A stretch of 64,000 bases of DNA from IMG/VR virus record IMGVR_UViG_3300020469_003050, positions 278,608 to 342,607 of that record; one strand, written 5' to 3'. A program made the translations under genes and the position numbers. Positions 1 through 9,470 of the stretch are shown here, one piece after another; the first letter of the stretch is position 1; each line of letters starts with the position of its first letter. The notes under the pieces were generated by a model that saw only the letters and a program-made list of their open reading frames with translations, searched no databases and was not told the DNA's origin.

Positions 1-118
1 ACACGACCACTTAATGGGTATAACATTTGATAAGAGAGCAAAGACAAGTCAATTAAGTAGAGCATTAGCAATACGTAAAGAGAAACTAAAAAGAATTAAA
101 AAGAGAAGTAAAGATTAA
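1..118 (+). CDS. def: Peptide deformylase, 3' end (gene begins before the window)
   Basis: Frame 2 reads HDHLMGITFDKRAKTSQLSRALAIRKEKLKRIKKRSKD*, matching the PDF HExDHLxG..F.DR motif and basic C-terminal helix; stop overlaps ATG at 118. Confidence 0.65.
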   Translation, partial: HDHLMGITFDKRAKTSQLSRALAIRKEKLKRIKKRSKD

Positions 119-1044
119 TGGACTATTCCAACTATACATTACTAACCGTAGGGTGTAGTTTTACTTTTGGACAAGGCGCAGTTCCGCATTTCGATAAAAG
201 TAAGTCAACTCCTGAGAATAATGAAGCTAGAGATAGATGGCGTAAAGAATGTAACTTACTTTCTTATAGTCAAAGAGTTAAAGAAATAGTAAAATTTAAA
301 AAAGTTGTTAACTTGGGTACACCTGCAGGAAGTAATGAACTTGCTTTACTCAATATGAATACTTGGTTGGATAAAAATAAAGGTGAAAATGTTTTTGTAT
401 TATTCAGTTTAGCTGATCCACAAAGAGAAATGTTCTTTACTAAGAATAAAATTAGTAGACAACCAGATGCTTATGGATTAGAAGTATTCAATGTAAATCA
501 CACACAAGGTTTACATCCTAACGTAATAGAAGGTTTCTATACATATATTAATACTGACCTTAATATGACATTTAAGAACTGGATATTTAGAAAACAACTA
601 AGTTCAATATTGAGTTATAGAAATTTACCGAACTTAGTATTTCATGCTTATGACCCAATGGATATTAGAATTACTAAATTAAGAAAAATATTTAAATTAA
701 CTGAAGGTACTACGCATTGGCATGATTTAGATATTATATCAGACTTTATACAATGGATGGAAACAATAGAAGATGAACCTACATTTGAAAATTATATAAG
801 CATTAACAAAATTAAAGAGTGGGCCCTATCAGAAGACTGGTCTAAAGACCTAAAAAATATAATAAAAATAGAAGATTACTTACAAGCATATTGTAAAAGA
901 AACAAAAGACACCTCTTTGCACACAAAACACAGTACGGTAACAGAGGAGAAGCATATTCACCTTTCGATAATGCTCATTATAATAAACAAGCACATGTGA
1001 TTTTAGGTGACAAATTGTCGCAAGAAATACACAAAATCAGTTAA
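118..1044 (+). CDS. SGNH/GDSL-hydrolase-like phage protein
   Basis: GCSFTFG block I, NLGTPAGSN block II, C-terminal DNAHY (DxxH). Confidence 0.55.
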   Translation: MDYSNYTLLTVGCSFTFGQGAVPHFDKSKSTPENNEARDRWRKECNLLSYSQRVKEIVKFKKVVNLGTPAGSNELALLNMNTWLDKNKGENVFVLFSLADPQREMFFTKNKISRQPDAYGLEVFNVNHTQGLHPNVIEGFYTYINTDLNMTFKNWIFRKQLSSILSYRNLPNLVFHAYDPMDIRITKLRKIFKLTEGTTHWHDLDIISDFIQWMETIEDEPTFENYISINKIKEWALSEDWSKDLKNIIKIEDYLQAYCKRNKRHLFAHKTQYGNRGEAYSPFDNAHYNKQAHVILGDKLSQEIHKIS

Positions 1045-1101
1045 AAATCAACTAAATACAATAGGGTATTATGATATACCCGCAAAACAAAGGAGATTAA
1101 T

Positions 1102-1263
1102 ATGATGAAATGGATAAAAGATAGAACCAAAGAAAGAACATCATGGGATGGTGCAGTTTGTATAGCACTAGGTCTTATGATTTTATTCATGGCACCTCTG
1201 GCAAAAATAGCGGCAGGCCTTGCTATTGCATGGGGCGTTTGGACAATCTGGAAATCAGAGTAA
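1102..1263 (+). CDS. Small 2-TM membrane protein (53 aa, holin-like)
   Basis: Not in ORF track; AAGGAG RBS; MMKWIKDRTKERTSWDGAVCIALGLMILFMAPLAKIAAGLAIAWGVWTIWKSE. Confidence 0.65.
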   Translation: MMKWIKDRTKERTSWDGAVCIALGLMILFMAPLAKIAAGLAIAWGVWTIWKSE

Positions 1264-1280
1264 GATTGTGAATTTTCTGT

Positions 1281-1499
1281 ATGACACCTGAATTCCGAAA
1301 AGAAGCATACCGTATGTTTTGGCTCGTAAAGGGCCATCTTGGGTGTCATACGTGGCCAGACGAAGACATTATCAAAATGCATGATAGTTATTTTGTAAGA
1401 AATTGGAGATCCGGATGCGACGGAGCGCCGCATTATGAGAGAGAAGAAGGATTTGAAGAAGCATACGAGGAAATAATTGGAACAGAAAATACCCCCTAG
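1281..1499 (+). CDS. Hypothetical protein
   Basis: ORF track, co-directional. Confidence 0.6.
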   Translation: MTPEFRKEAYRMFWLVKGHLGCHTWPDEDIIKMHDSYFVRNWRSGCDGAPHYEREEGFEEAYEEIIGTENTP

Positions 1500-1728
1500 A
1501 TTAATACTTTTGTCTGAGTTTTTAGACCAGAGCAAAAGAAAAGAAGATGAAATTCACTTTTATGAAAAGGAACTCAGAAAGATTGAAGAAAAACTATATT
1601 GGCTACGTAGAGAAAAAAATCTAACAGAAACGATTATCAATATAATCACTCAGGAAAAAGTTGTCGATATTAAAGAAGAAATGGAAAAGCGATACCTAGC
1701 AGAAAGAGAAACACAAGAAGATAAATAA
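1477..1728 (+). CDS. Hypothetical coiled-coil protein
   Basis: ORF track; heptad-rich. Confidence 0.6.
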   Translation: MEQKIPPRLILLSEFLDQSKRKEDEIHFYEKELRKIEEKLYWLRREKNLTETIINIITQEKVVDIKEEMEKRYLAERETQEDK

Positions 1729-1748
1729 AAAAGAAAAAAGGCGAAGTA

Positions 1749-2126
1749 ATGGATTTATTTTTATTCTACCTTGCAGTAAGCGTAATCGTTACTTCAAGTC
1801 TCATCATATATTTTAGAGAACATTTAAGAAAGCAGATTGGCTGGTACTTACTAGGCATGTTGGCCTTTATGGTCATTACAAACTGGAACGAGTACTGGTG
1901 GATGATGTTTTTTAGTTTGGTAGTATTTTTTCAAGTTCCACCATTTAGTGTGGAAGAAAAACTACTTACAAAGGCCGCTAATTCGGACAACCGGTTCAAG
2001 AGGTGGCAACGGAAGAAAGGAAAGTTTGTACAATTTATAGTATACATTTTATGTATGATATTATTGAGTGCATTCGTTACCTGGATTTCAGGCGATGGAA
2101 ATATACATTTCATCTTGATAGGATAG
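1749..2126 (+). CDS. Hypothetical membrane protein
   Basis: Several hydrophobic segments; GATAAATA box at 1720. Confidence 0.6.
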   Translation: MDLFLFYLAVSVIVTSSLIIYFREHLRKQIGWYLLGMLAFMVITNWNEYWWMMFFSLVVFFQVPPFSVEEKLLTKAANSDNRFKRWQRKKGKFVQFIVYILCMILLSAFVTWISGDGNIHFILIG

Positions 2127-2214
2127 CTATTGACTCACAATACAACCTATGATATAATGCAATTAGTATTAATCTAAGAACAGGATTAGTATGGACTTAA
2201 CTAAGGAGGATGTT

Positions 2215-2568
2215 ATGAAAACATCAATTATCGGACTGCTAGTCGCAGTCTTTTTTTCTGCAACGGCGTTTGCAGAAGACACAAGTGTATCAAATGATAT
2301 TTCTTGGTCTCTAACATTAGAGAGACAAACAGAAGCAAATGCTAATACAGGCGAACTAATGGGGACTATGGAAGTTTTAGGACTTGATGTTTCTGCGGGT
2401 GGACTGTGGAACATTGATAAATCAGGTGAAGATTTTATTGACTTGAATAAAACGATGTTAAATGTTAGCCACTCGCTTTCTGACCAAGCAAAAGTGTATC
2501 TAAAGAATGACTTTAGTACAGATTGGGACAGAACTGAGTCAACAATAGGTCTACAAATTACGTTTTAA
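2215..2568 (+). CDS. Secreted small beta-barrel outer-membrane-protein-like protein
   Basis: AAGGAGG RBS, signal peptide (MKTSIIGLLVAVFFSATAFA), alternating beta strands, C-terminal IGLQITF with terminal Phe. Confidence 0.55.
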   Translation: MKTSIIGLLVAVFFSATAFAEDTSVSNDISWSLTLERQTEANANTGELMGTMEVLGLDVSAGGLWNIDKSGEDFIDLNKTMLNVSHSLSDQAKVYLKNDFSTDWDRTESTIGLQITF

Positions 2569-2606
2569 TTTGTTGACAAAAACACCTCTATAGTGTATAA
2601 ATATAG

Positions 2607-2885
2607 ATGTTAACGTTGAAGCAAGTTCAACACTATACAGGACCTGGGGGCAGTACCCAGCAGGTCCACCATAAACACATTATCAGTTTGCATTAGTGTG
2701 TTTATGATGGGCCTGAACTAGGATCGACTGGTGGTTAATAGGCGAGTGGAGTTAACCGAGTGACTTCGTTATTGGTCAAACACTATAATTGCAAACGACA
2801 ATTATCAGCCAGAAATGGCAATGGCGGCCTAATTTAGGCACGTAGGGGTTGGTGACTTGCCTGGCAACAGAAAAGTCACATTTTT
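2607..2885 (+). ncRNA. ssrA: Circularly permuted (two-piece) tmRNA, tag ANDNYQPEMAMAA
   Basis: T-arm plus CAGGTCC-ACCA (2661-2671) lies upstream of GGGCCTG (2709-2715), forming an acceptor stem with G3.U70; hairpin intervening segment 2672-2708; tag ORF 2791-2832; promoter TTGACA(2573)-17-TATAAA. Outer boundaries approximate. Confidence 0.93.
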
Positions 2886-2908
2886 ATTTGGGAGTGGGTT
2901 TTTTGTAA

Positions 2909-3247
2909 ATGGCATACGTAGTAACGCAAGATTGTATAAAATGTAAGTATACTGATTGTGTGGAAGTTTGTCCCGTTGATTGCTTTTATGAGGGCAAAGA
3001 TACTTTAGTTATTAACCCAGATGAATGTATAGATTGCGGTGTTTGTGAACCCGAATGTCCTGCAGAAGCAATAATTCCTGATACGCATGAAAAATTTACA
3101 ATGCGACTCTACGATATAAATAAAAAGTGGTCAGAACAATGGCCAGTAATTACAGAAAAGCAAGATCCCTTACCTGATGCTGATTCACTAAATCCAGCAA
3201 TGGGATATTCAGAAGATAAGACAAAGTTGTTAGATGAATACGATTGA
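2909..3247 (+). CDS. fdxA: 7Fe/8Fe ferredoxin (FdxA family)
   Basis: [18 protein letters not shown] and [16 protein letters not shown] motifs. Confidence 0.93.
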   Translation: MAYVVTQDCIKCKYTDCVEVCPVDCFYEGKDTLVINPDECIDCGVCEPECPAEAIIPDTHEKFTMRLYDINKKWSEQWPVITEKQDPLPDADSLNPAMGYSEDKTKLLDEYD

Positions 3248-4133
3248 TGATACTATCTGGAATGAAAGAGGCTGGGAATCAGTTACTTTATCTTCATTTA
3301 ATCAGTATAAAGAAATAACAACAAAAGCCGATACAATATCAAAACAAACTACTTGGATTTATAAAGCAACTTTATTAGATATTTGGGAAAATATACGAGG
3401 AGTTAAAACTTTTTATAAATCACTTGACAATTCTTTCAGACAAAATATTGACGAACTATTTGCTAAAGGCAATAAAGTTTGGAGTAATGCAGAATGGCTA
3501 CAAGAATATTATGCACCTGCTGATTGTTCTTTAGCAGACCATTTGTTAACAAGAATGAGTGCTATGCATTATATGTTAGAAGAATTAAGAAATGGTGGAA
3601 AGATTAATGACCCTATAAGTTGTTGTTGGTACCCAGATTGGTATATGCCAGGTATACCCGCTGAAAGACAAAAAGTAGAATTACAAAAAATTAAGAAACT
3701 TTATAAAAGTTCGGTTGGTAGATTTTTTATGCATCCTGGAACTACTAGGATATATCTAGCAGGAGTATATAAAGAAGAAGTCGATGTAATTATAACAGAT
3801 TACTCAAATGGAGAATTATATAATCTTTTTCCACAACCTGAAAAACTAAAACATATAAATGATGCCAAAGAGTTTGATGTAACAGGTAGAACGTTATATT
3901 TCTGTTACTCAGGATCTAAATCTCCTTCTCTTAATAAAGGTGACATAATATCGCCACGTACTCATATTAAAGATAAGTACAGAGAGTTATACGATGATAC
4001 TGTAAGAACTAAATTACAATCACCAGGTAATAAAGTTCCTCCTGAGTTTTACGAAAAAAAGAATAATGAAATATTAGTAAATGGAAAAGTAGTATTAAGA
4101 TGTAGTAATAATTTATGGGAATTAGTTTTATGA
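3234..4133 (+). CDS. Hypothetical protein, paralog of next ORF
   Basis: HPGTTR motif; ends NNLWELVL. Confidence 0.6.
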   Translation: MNTIDDTIWNERGWESVTLSSFNQYKEITTKADTISKQTTWIYKATLLDIWENIRGVKTFYKSLDNSFRQNIDELFAKGNKVWSNAEWLQEYYAPADCSLADHLLTRMSAMHYMLEELRNGGKINDPISCCWYPDWYMPGIPAERQKVELQKIKKLYKSSVGRFFMHPGTTRIYLAGVYKEEVDVIITDYSNGELYNLFPQPEKLKHINDAKEFDVTGRTLYFCYSGSKSPSLNKGDIISPRTHIKDKYRELYDDTVRTKLQSPGNKVPPEFYEKKNNEILVNGKVVLRCSNNLWELVL

Positions 4134-4927
4134 AGGAACCTATAATTGTTCATTGGGGTAATAACTATATAAATGTTGAAGATTATCAAACCAATGATTG
4201 TAAAATAAATGATTGGGAACATTTTGTTGCTTTAACTAATCAAGCAGATGCGATTTCTAAAACTAAGACTTTTATATATAAAGGTTCTATAAGTTCAGTA
4301 GTAAAAGACTTATTGAAATGGGGTGACGATTATGATGAATATTCATCGCATAGATTTAGTCAAGAAATCGAAATGTTGTTTAGAAAATCAGATAAAGTTT
4401 TAAGTAATCAAGTTGGTCCAATTAAAAGTACAAAAATAAATGCATTTGATTACATACTTGAAACCTTCAGAAAAGGATATACAATTATGGATCCACTTAA
4501 TCTTCATTATTTTGGAAACGGTAAACTTACACCACACCCAGGTTATACTAGATTATTGTTTGGAAAGTTATACACAATGAATATTAATTGTATAATATAT
4601 GATTACACTAATGGAAAATTTGTGCAAGATTTTAAAGACATAAATATCTTTACACCAGACGAAACAAACTTTGATATTAGTGAAAGAAGATATATGTTTA
4701 GTCACACAGGACAAACTAAAAAACCTAAACAGATACATAAAATGTCTGGCAAGAAAAATGGAGTTAAGTATAGAGAAGTTAATGGCAAAGATCCAATTCC
4801 AAAAGAATTGGGAGATCCTAGATTATATAATCCTCCAAAAATATATATAAAACAAAATAATTTAGTAACAGTAAATGGTAGGAAAGTACTTAAAAACAAT
4901 AATGGACTTTGGGAGTTAGTATTATGA
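4130..4927 (+). CDS. Hypothetical protein, paralog of previous ORF
   Basis: HPGYTR motif; ends NGLWELVL; ATGA overlap start. Confidence 0.6.
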   Translation: MKEPIIVHWGNNYINVEDYQTNDCKINDWEHFVALTNQADAISKTKTFIYKGSISSVVKDLLKWGDDYDEYSSHRFSQEIEMLFRKSDKVLSNQVGPIKSTKINAFDYILETFRKGYTIMDPLNLHYFGNGKLTPHPGYTRLLFGKLYTMNINCIIYDYTNGKFVQDFKDINIFTPDETNFDISERRYMFSHTGQTKKPKQIHKMSGKKNGVKYREVNGKDPIPKELGDPRLYNPPKIYIKQNNLVTVNGRKVLKNNNGLWELVL

Positions 4928-5475
4928 TAATGACTAAAAAAGATTATGGTTATCCTGTTTGGGTAGTTGAAGAAGTATTTGAAACTAATGTGGCAGATGA
5001 TGTATTAAGACAATCAAAAGATTTACCATTTGTTCCAATGGAAGGCAAGAGAACAGATAAAACAGGTAAAAGAAATTGGATGAATCAATATAAAGGCAAA
5101 GAATGGAATTCATTTGAAGAAGTATGTTTATTGTTTGATAGTAAATATATGAAAAAAAAGTTTAGTGACGTTTGTGAAAAAGACTTTACTAACTTAGGTA
5201 CAAGAATAGAATTATGCAAAGATGCAAAAGGAAGTTGGTTGCACAATCACTTTGACGATAAAGCAAAGTTATTTACTTTACAGATTTACTTAACAGACAC
5301 AGATACAAGTACAAGTTTTATGAAGAAAGATACTCCTGCAAGAAAAAATACAGGTTGGTTCTTTGCAAATACAGGAACTGAACTTCATGGACTAAGTGCT
5401 TTGACACAAAATAGAATAAGCATCATTGTTAACTATTGTGATGAATCATGGAGAGATAGGTCTGTAATTGTATGA
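4924..5475 (+). CDS. 2OG-Fe(II) oxygenase superfamily protein
   Basis: HxD (HFDD), distal H (ELHG) and RxS (NRISI). Confidence 0.7.
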   Translation: MIMTKKDYGYPVWVVEEVFETNVADDVLRQSKDLPFVPMEGKRTDKTGKRNWMNQYKGKEWNSFEEVCLLFDSKYMKKKFSDVCEKDFTNLGTRIELCKDAKGSWLHNHFDDKAKLFTLQIYLTDTDTSTSFMKKDTPARKNTGWFFANTGTELHGLSALTQNRISIIVNYCDESWRDRSVIV

Positions 5476-6194
5476 GATATAAAAATAGTAATCAAAGAAC
5501 TAAAGACTATCTAGCTAGATTTGACAAAAATAAAGTTTTACAAAACTTGGTAGGTACGGATACGCCTGTAATTTTAGATATTGGTGCTAACATTGGTCAA
5601 ACTGTAGAAAAGTTAAAGATTATATGGGAGAATGCAGTAATACATTCTATAGAGCCTTTACCAGAAGCATATCAGGAACTATACTTAACGAAGGGCATAA
5701 TGTCAGATGTATATGTGTATAATCATGCTCTAGGCTCAGTAAATGGTTGGCAAGAGTTTAATGTCAATAAACATCAACCTATGCTTAGTGGTTTCTATAA
5801 GCTAAATGAGAATAGCAAAGATAGTATTGCTATCAATAAACCCGAAAAGGCACATAAGAACTTCTTAGAATCTGAACCCACACAGATACCTGTTATGACA
5901 TTAGATACGTTTACAAAGCAACATAACATAGAAAATATAGACATAATTAAGATGGACGTTCAAGGTGCTGAGCCTGAAATACTAGAACATGGTATTGAAA
6001 CATTAAAAAATACACGAATCGTTCTTACCGAACTATCACTATATGATTTGTACGAAAAGCAGTGTAGTTTCTATGATATAGAAAAAACGTTGATTCCCTT
6101 GGGTTTTGAATTATATGATGTTGCTCATGTCAGCAAAAATCCAATGAATGGTCGTACAGATTGGGTTGATTTAATTTATTTGAAAAAAAGTTAA
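5472..6194 (+). CDS. FkbM-family SAM methyltransferase
   Basis: LDIGANIG, SIEP, IKMDVQGAE motifs. Confidence 0.9.
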   Translation: MRYKNSNQRTKDYLARFDKNKVLQNLVGTDTPVILDIGANIGQTVEKLKIIWENAVIHSIEPLPEAYQELYLTKGIMSDVYVYNHALGSVNGWQEFNVNKHQPMLSGFYKLNENSKDSIAINKPEKAHKNFLESEPTQIPVMTLDTFTKQHNIENIDIIKMDVQGAEPEILEHGIETLKNTRIVLTELSLYDLYEKQCSFYDIEKTLIPLGFELYDVAHVSKNPMNGRTDWVDLIYLKKS

Positions 6195-6202
6195 AAAAAG
6201 GG

Positions 6203-6231
6203 TTGACTTTCCCGAATCATTATGCTATATT
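6203..6231 (+). promoter_or_regulatory. Sigma70-type promoter with CGAATC in the spacer, upstream of the putative ncRNA
   Basis: TTGACT-17-TATATT; GAATC at 6214. Confidence 0.7.
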
Positions 6232-6238
6232 AATAAAC

Positions 6239-6455
6239 ATAAGCATAAAACAATTTAGCGGTTGTTTTATTGTAGTGCAAGGAAGAGGCTGTTACCAGAC
6301 GGTCGAACTTGACTAGTTAGGGGTGGTACCCAGGCTTAAAGCTGAGAGGCTAAGAGTCACATCGTTCTACCGAACGGAACTAGGTTCCCTGGATTCAGAA
6401 TGGTATCTGTGTCGAGGGGTTGGGGGTGTAACCAAGTCCCTCCTACTTTGCTTAT
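6239..6455 (+). ncRNA. Putative structured ncRNA (about 215 nt; possibly manA-motif-like)
   Basis: GC-rich ORF-free island after a promoter; ends pair (ATAAGCA/TGCTTAT); several internal hairpins. Confidence 0.65.
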
Positions 6456-6486
6456 ATTTCTGATTGCAATACCAAGCAATCAAAAT

Positions 6487-6551
6487 TAAGAGACGGTTAG
6501 CAAACCATATTTTACTCACTTTCATTTCATATTGCTAACTGTCTCTTTTTT
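6487..6551. terminator. Long inverted repeat / probable bidirectional terminator
   Basis: AGAGACGGTTAGCAA...TTGCTAACTGTCTCT followed by a T-run, between convergent units. Confidence 0.6.
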
Positions 6552-7245
6552 ATTTCTCTCCAATTATAGATTTTATTTTCCAAGGTGTAAAGCATACAGT
6601 ACCTAAACTTATGTGGTCTGCTCCTGCATCTATATAAGTCTGAGCATCTTCTTTAGAATATACTCCACCACCTGCTATGACTTCTACGTGAGGATACTTA
6701 TCTTTTATATAAGCAATAGTCCCCAAGGTATAGGGTTGAAGAATCTTTCCAGAAAGCCCACCCTTTTCACTGTGTAATGTGTTACTTGCATGAATTTGTT
6801 TATATCCTTTATCTACTATTTTATCTATTAATTTATGTTTTGCAGTTGGAGGTATTTTAACTATACACCATTTATTCTGCATATGTTCTGGAAACTTATC
6901 GAAACCTTCAAATGTCGTAGTGTCTTCATGTGAATCTAAGTTAGGACAACTTATATTTAATTCTATATTTCTAACACGACTAATAGTTGTTCTTATTGTT
7001 TCCCAATCTGATTTTTCTATGGCCGCAAGTGATAACAAATTATCATATGATGTCTTCATCATTCCAGCACGTAATCCAGGATTGCGTAAACCTAATTTGT
7101 TTCTCCAACCCTGTTTAGTATATCTTAATGTTTTGATTATTTGTTTTAGTCTTCCTGGTCTTGGTTCTACTGTCCAGGTACCTGTAACACTAACTGTATC
7201 TTTAAAGTTGAGATAGTTTCCAAATGGTGCGGCTATAAAAAACAT
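6550..7245 (-). CDS. pyrD: Dihydroorotate dehydrogenase-like flavoprotein (compact)
   Basis: NKLGLRNPG, ELNISCPN, SNT, GGLSG, IAGGGV motifs. Confidence 0.8.
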   Translation of the reverse strand: MFFIAAPFGNYLNFKDTVSVTGTWTVEPRPGRLKQIIKTLRYTKQGWRNKLGLRNPGLRAGMMKTSYDNLLSLAAIEKSDWETIRTTISRVRNIELNISCPNLDSHEDTTTFEGFDKFPEHMQNKWCIVKIPPTAKHKLIDKIVDKGYKQIHASNTLHSEKGGLSGKILQPYTLGTIAYIKDKYPHVEVIAGGGVYSKEDAQTYIDAGADHISLGTVCFTPWKIKSIIGEK

Positions 7246-7279
7246 TTATTATTTTCCTCATAAAACTATTTATATAAGA

Positions 7280-8101
7280 TTATTTCTTATCTAGTGCAGA
7301 AATCATCCTAGTCATTCCAATTCCTCCACCAACTCTTGGGAAGAAATCAAATTCTAAGAATTTTTCTAGTTCTGCTTCTACTCTTTCTTTAGAAAATAGT
7401 TTGTACAATAATTCTGAGTATTCACCATTTGTTATTGTGTGAAAAGTATCTCTCATCATTTCTACATCACATGAACGTTCTGCGGATCCAATAGTTTCCA
7501 TTCCACCTAAGATAACATCTATCTTCTTACTAGTTGCACCGCCTTCATTTCTGCTCATATTCCAGAACGGAGATGTCATTTCAGGAAAATCTGTAATCAT
7601 TGTTGAACCGAATTCTTCAAACATTTTAGTTTCATGTTCTGCTTCCATTTCTACTGTTGGTTCTAAGTTGTAATGTTTTTGCCAATCAGCATATGTTCTT
7701 TCTTCTGGTTTAGGGAACTCTAAGTATTCACATAGTTCGTATTCCATCTTTTTCAAATCATCAATGTCACCTGGCATTTCAAATTCAAACATTGGGAAGA
7801 TAATATCGTGTCTACCTGGAATTGCATTTGGCTCTTGTCTATAGGACGTGGAGACACAAAAAAAGCCCTTTGTATCGGGCTTTGAGAGTAATTCGTGTTC
7901 TAACCACATTTGGCCTGTTTGGGGAAGCGGCCAGACTTGGCCTGCGTAATTGTATGTTGCTACATTGAACGGGTCTTCACATGCCGCCAATATAGATAAT
8001 CTGTTTTGGGTATGGACTTCTAAAAATCCTTTATCCAAAAAAAATGACCTTAAAAGGCCAACTGTTCTTGTAAATTTATCCGGAGATATTAATTGTGTCA
8101 T
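7280..8101 (-). CDS. Class IIb aminoacyl-tRNA synthetase catalytic-domain paralog (AsnRS2 / asparagine synthetase A-like)
   Basis: GFLEVHT, SYRQE...RH...F.MFEFE (motif 2), METIGSAER, GGGIGMTR (motif 3); no anticodon-binding domain. Confidence 0.75.
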   Translation of the reverse strand: MTQLISPDKFTRTVGLLRSFFLDKGFLEVHTQNRLSILAACEDPFNVATYNYAGQVWPLPQTGQMWLEHELLSKPDTKGFFCVSTSYRQEPNAIPGRHDIIFPMFEFEMPGDIDDLKKMEYELCEYLEFPKPEERTYADWQKHYNLEPTVEMEAEHETKMFEEFGSTMITDFPEMTSPFWNMSRNEGGATSKKIDVILGGMETIGSAERSCDVEMMRDTFHTITNGEYSELLYKLFSKERVEAELEKFLEFDFFPRVGGGIGMTRMISALDKK

Positions 8102-8285
8102 TTTCTTTTCCTTTTTGTTATCCAAAAAAAAATATAGCCAAAAAAAAATTTGGTATTCGTTTTTGATGTTGTTTTTATTTATCTTTTTTATTTAAAAAGT
8201 TATCAACAATTCAATTAAAAATTGTATTGATTTCATATCTATTTTGTGTTACATTTATAAATATGAAAGTAACAATGAGGTTACA

Positions 8286-8350
8286 ACCAGGCACCAATCG
8301 AGCCTGGTCTAATTATGTGAGCACCGTGGTAAAGACGGTAAGCAGAAGGA
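8286..8350 (+). promoter_or_regulatory. Structured 5' leader (candidate riboswitch)
   Basis: Hairpins ACCAGGC/GCCTGGT and ACCGT/ACGGT between TATAAATA (8256) and the RBS. Confidence 0.4.
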
Positions 8351-8358
8351 GATAAAAA

Positions 8359-9321
8359 ATGGATGCACTCACCCTATGGATGGCAATAGGATTTCTATTT
8401 GCCGCATATTCAGTAATCGCAAACGATTCAGTACAAACTCTTGGTACTTGGATTGCATCAAATAACGAAAAATTTAATTGGAAGATAATGTGGGGAGCCG
8501 CAAGTGCGGTACTGCTTTATACTTTGTGGTATGGTTGGACAACTAATGGCGGAGATATTAGTTACGGACGATTAAACAAAATTCCATTTCAAGAAATACA
8601 ATGGTATCATGCCGCCGCACCAGGCTTACTATTGATATTAACAAGAATAGGTGTACCAGTAAGTACAAGTTTCTTAGTGCTAAGTGCATTTGCTAGTACG
8701 TTTGTATTAGAGAAGATGCTAGTCAAATCAATGATGGGTTATGCAGTTGCGGCTGTGGCGGCATATGTAATCTGGATTGGTGTTACTAAAATACTTGATG
8801 AAGCAAAACCAGTCGCTGAAAATCATAAAATGTATTGGCGAGTAGGTCAGTGGGTAACAACTGGCTTTTTATGGTTTACTTGGTTATCACATGATATGGC
8901 AAACATTGCCGTATTCTTACCAAGACAAATCCCATTTGATTTAATGGTAATGGTAAGTGCAGTATTTGTATTTGGCTTAGGTTATATATTTTATACTGGT
9001 GGTGGTAAAATACAAAACATCGTAATTGAAAAACATAACACACGTTATGTAAGAAGTGCTACAATAATTGATTGTGTATATTTTCTAATTCTTTGGTTCT
9101 TCAAAGAACTGAATGATATACCAATGTCAACAACTTGGGTATTCGTAGGATTACTTTGTGGTCGTGAACTTGCTATGGCAACTATTACAGGTAAAGAAAA
9201 GTTTAAAACTGTTTTCCCTCTTGTAACTAAAGACTTCATAAAGATGATGATTGGTTTAGGTGCAAGTGTTGGTGTAGTCTTATCTATTCACTATATAATT
9301 GTTCCCAACGGTTTACACTAA
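8359..9321 (+). CDS. Multi-pass membrane transporter, PiT/PHO4-like
   Basis: About 9-10 TM; repeated signature ANDSVQT / HDMAN and PVSTS / PMSTT. Confidence 0.65.
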   Translation: MDALTLWMAIGFLFAAYSVIANDSVQTLGTWIASNNEKFNWKIMWGAASAVLLYTLWYGWTTNGGDISYGRLNKIPFQEIQWYHAAAPGLLLILTRIGVPVSTSFLVLSAFASTFVLEKMLVKSMMGYAVAAVAAYVIWIGVTKILDEAKPVAENHKMYWRVGQWVTTGFLWFTWLSHDMANIAVFLPRQIPFDLMVMVSAVFVFGLGYIFYTGGGKIQNIVIEKHNTRYVRSATIIDCVYFLILWFFKELNDIPMSTTWVFVGLLCGRELAMATITGKEKFKTVFPLVTKDFIKMMIGLGASVGVVLSIHYIIVPNGLH

Positions 9322-9440
9322 AAAGATAAATAACTTTATAGAACAAAACTAATAACTAAGTACGCATAGGATTATAAACAAAAGTATAAGTGTGTCGGAC
9401 ACTGCGTAACACATTCTGACATTCCACAAAACAAATTTAT

Positions 9441-9470
9441 TGGAGCCCATTCTTCGGAATGGGTTTTCCA
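9441..9470 (+). terminator. Stem-loop with cUUCGg tetraloop
   Basis: GCCCATTC-TTCG-GAATGGGT-TTT. Confidence 0.65.

Noticed and set aside
6239-6455. RNase P RNA or group I intron
   Set aside because: No GAGGAAAGUCC / CGGCUUA P4 elements; short and not interrupting a gene
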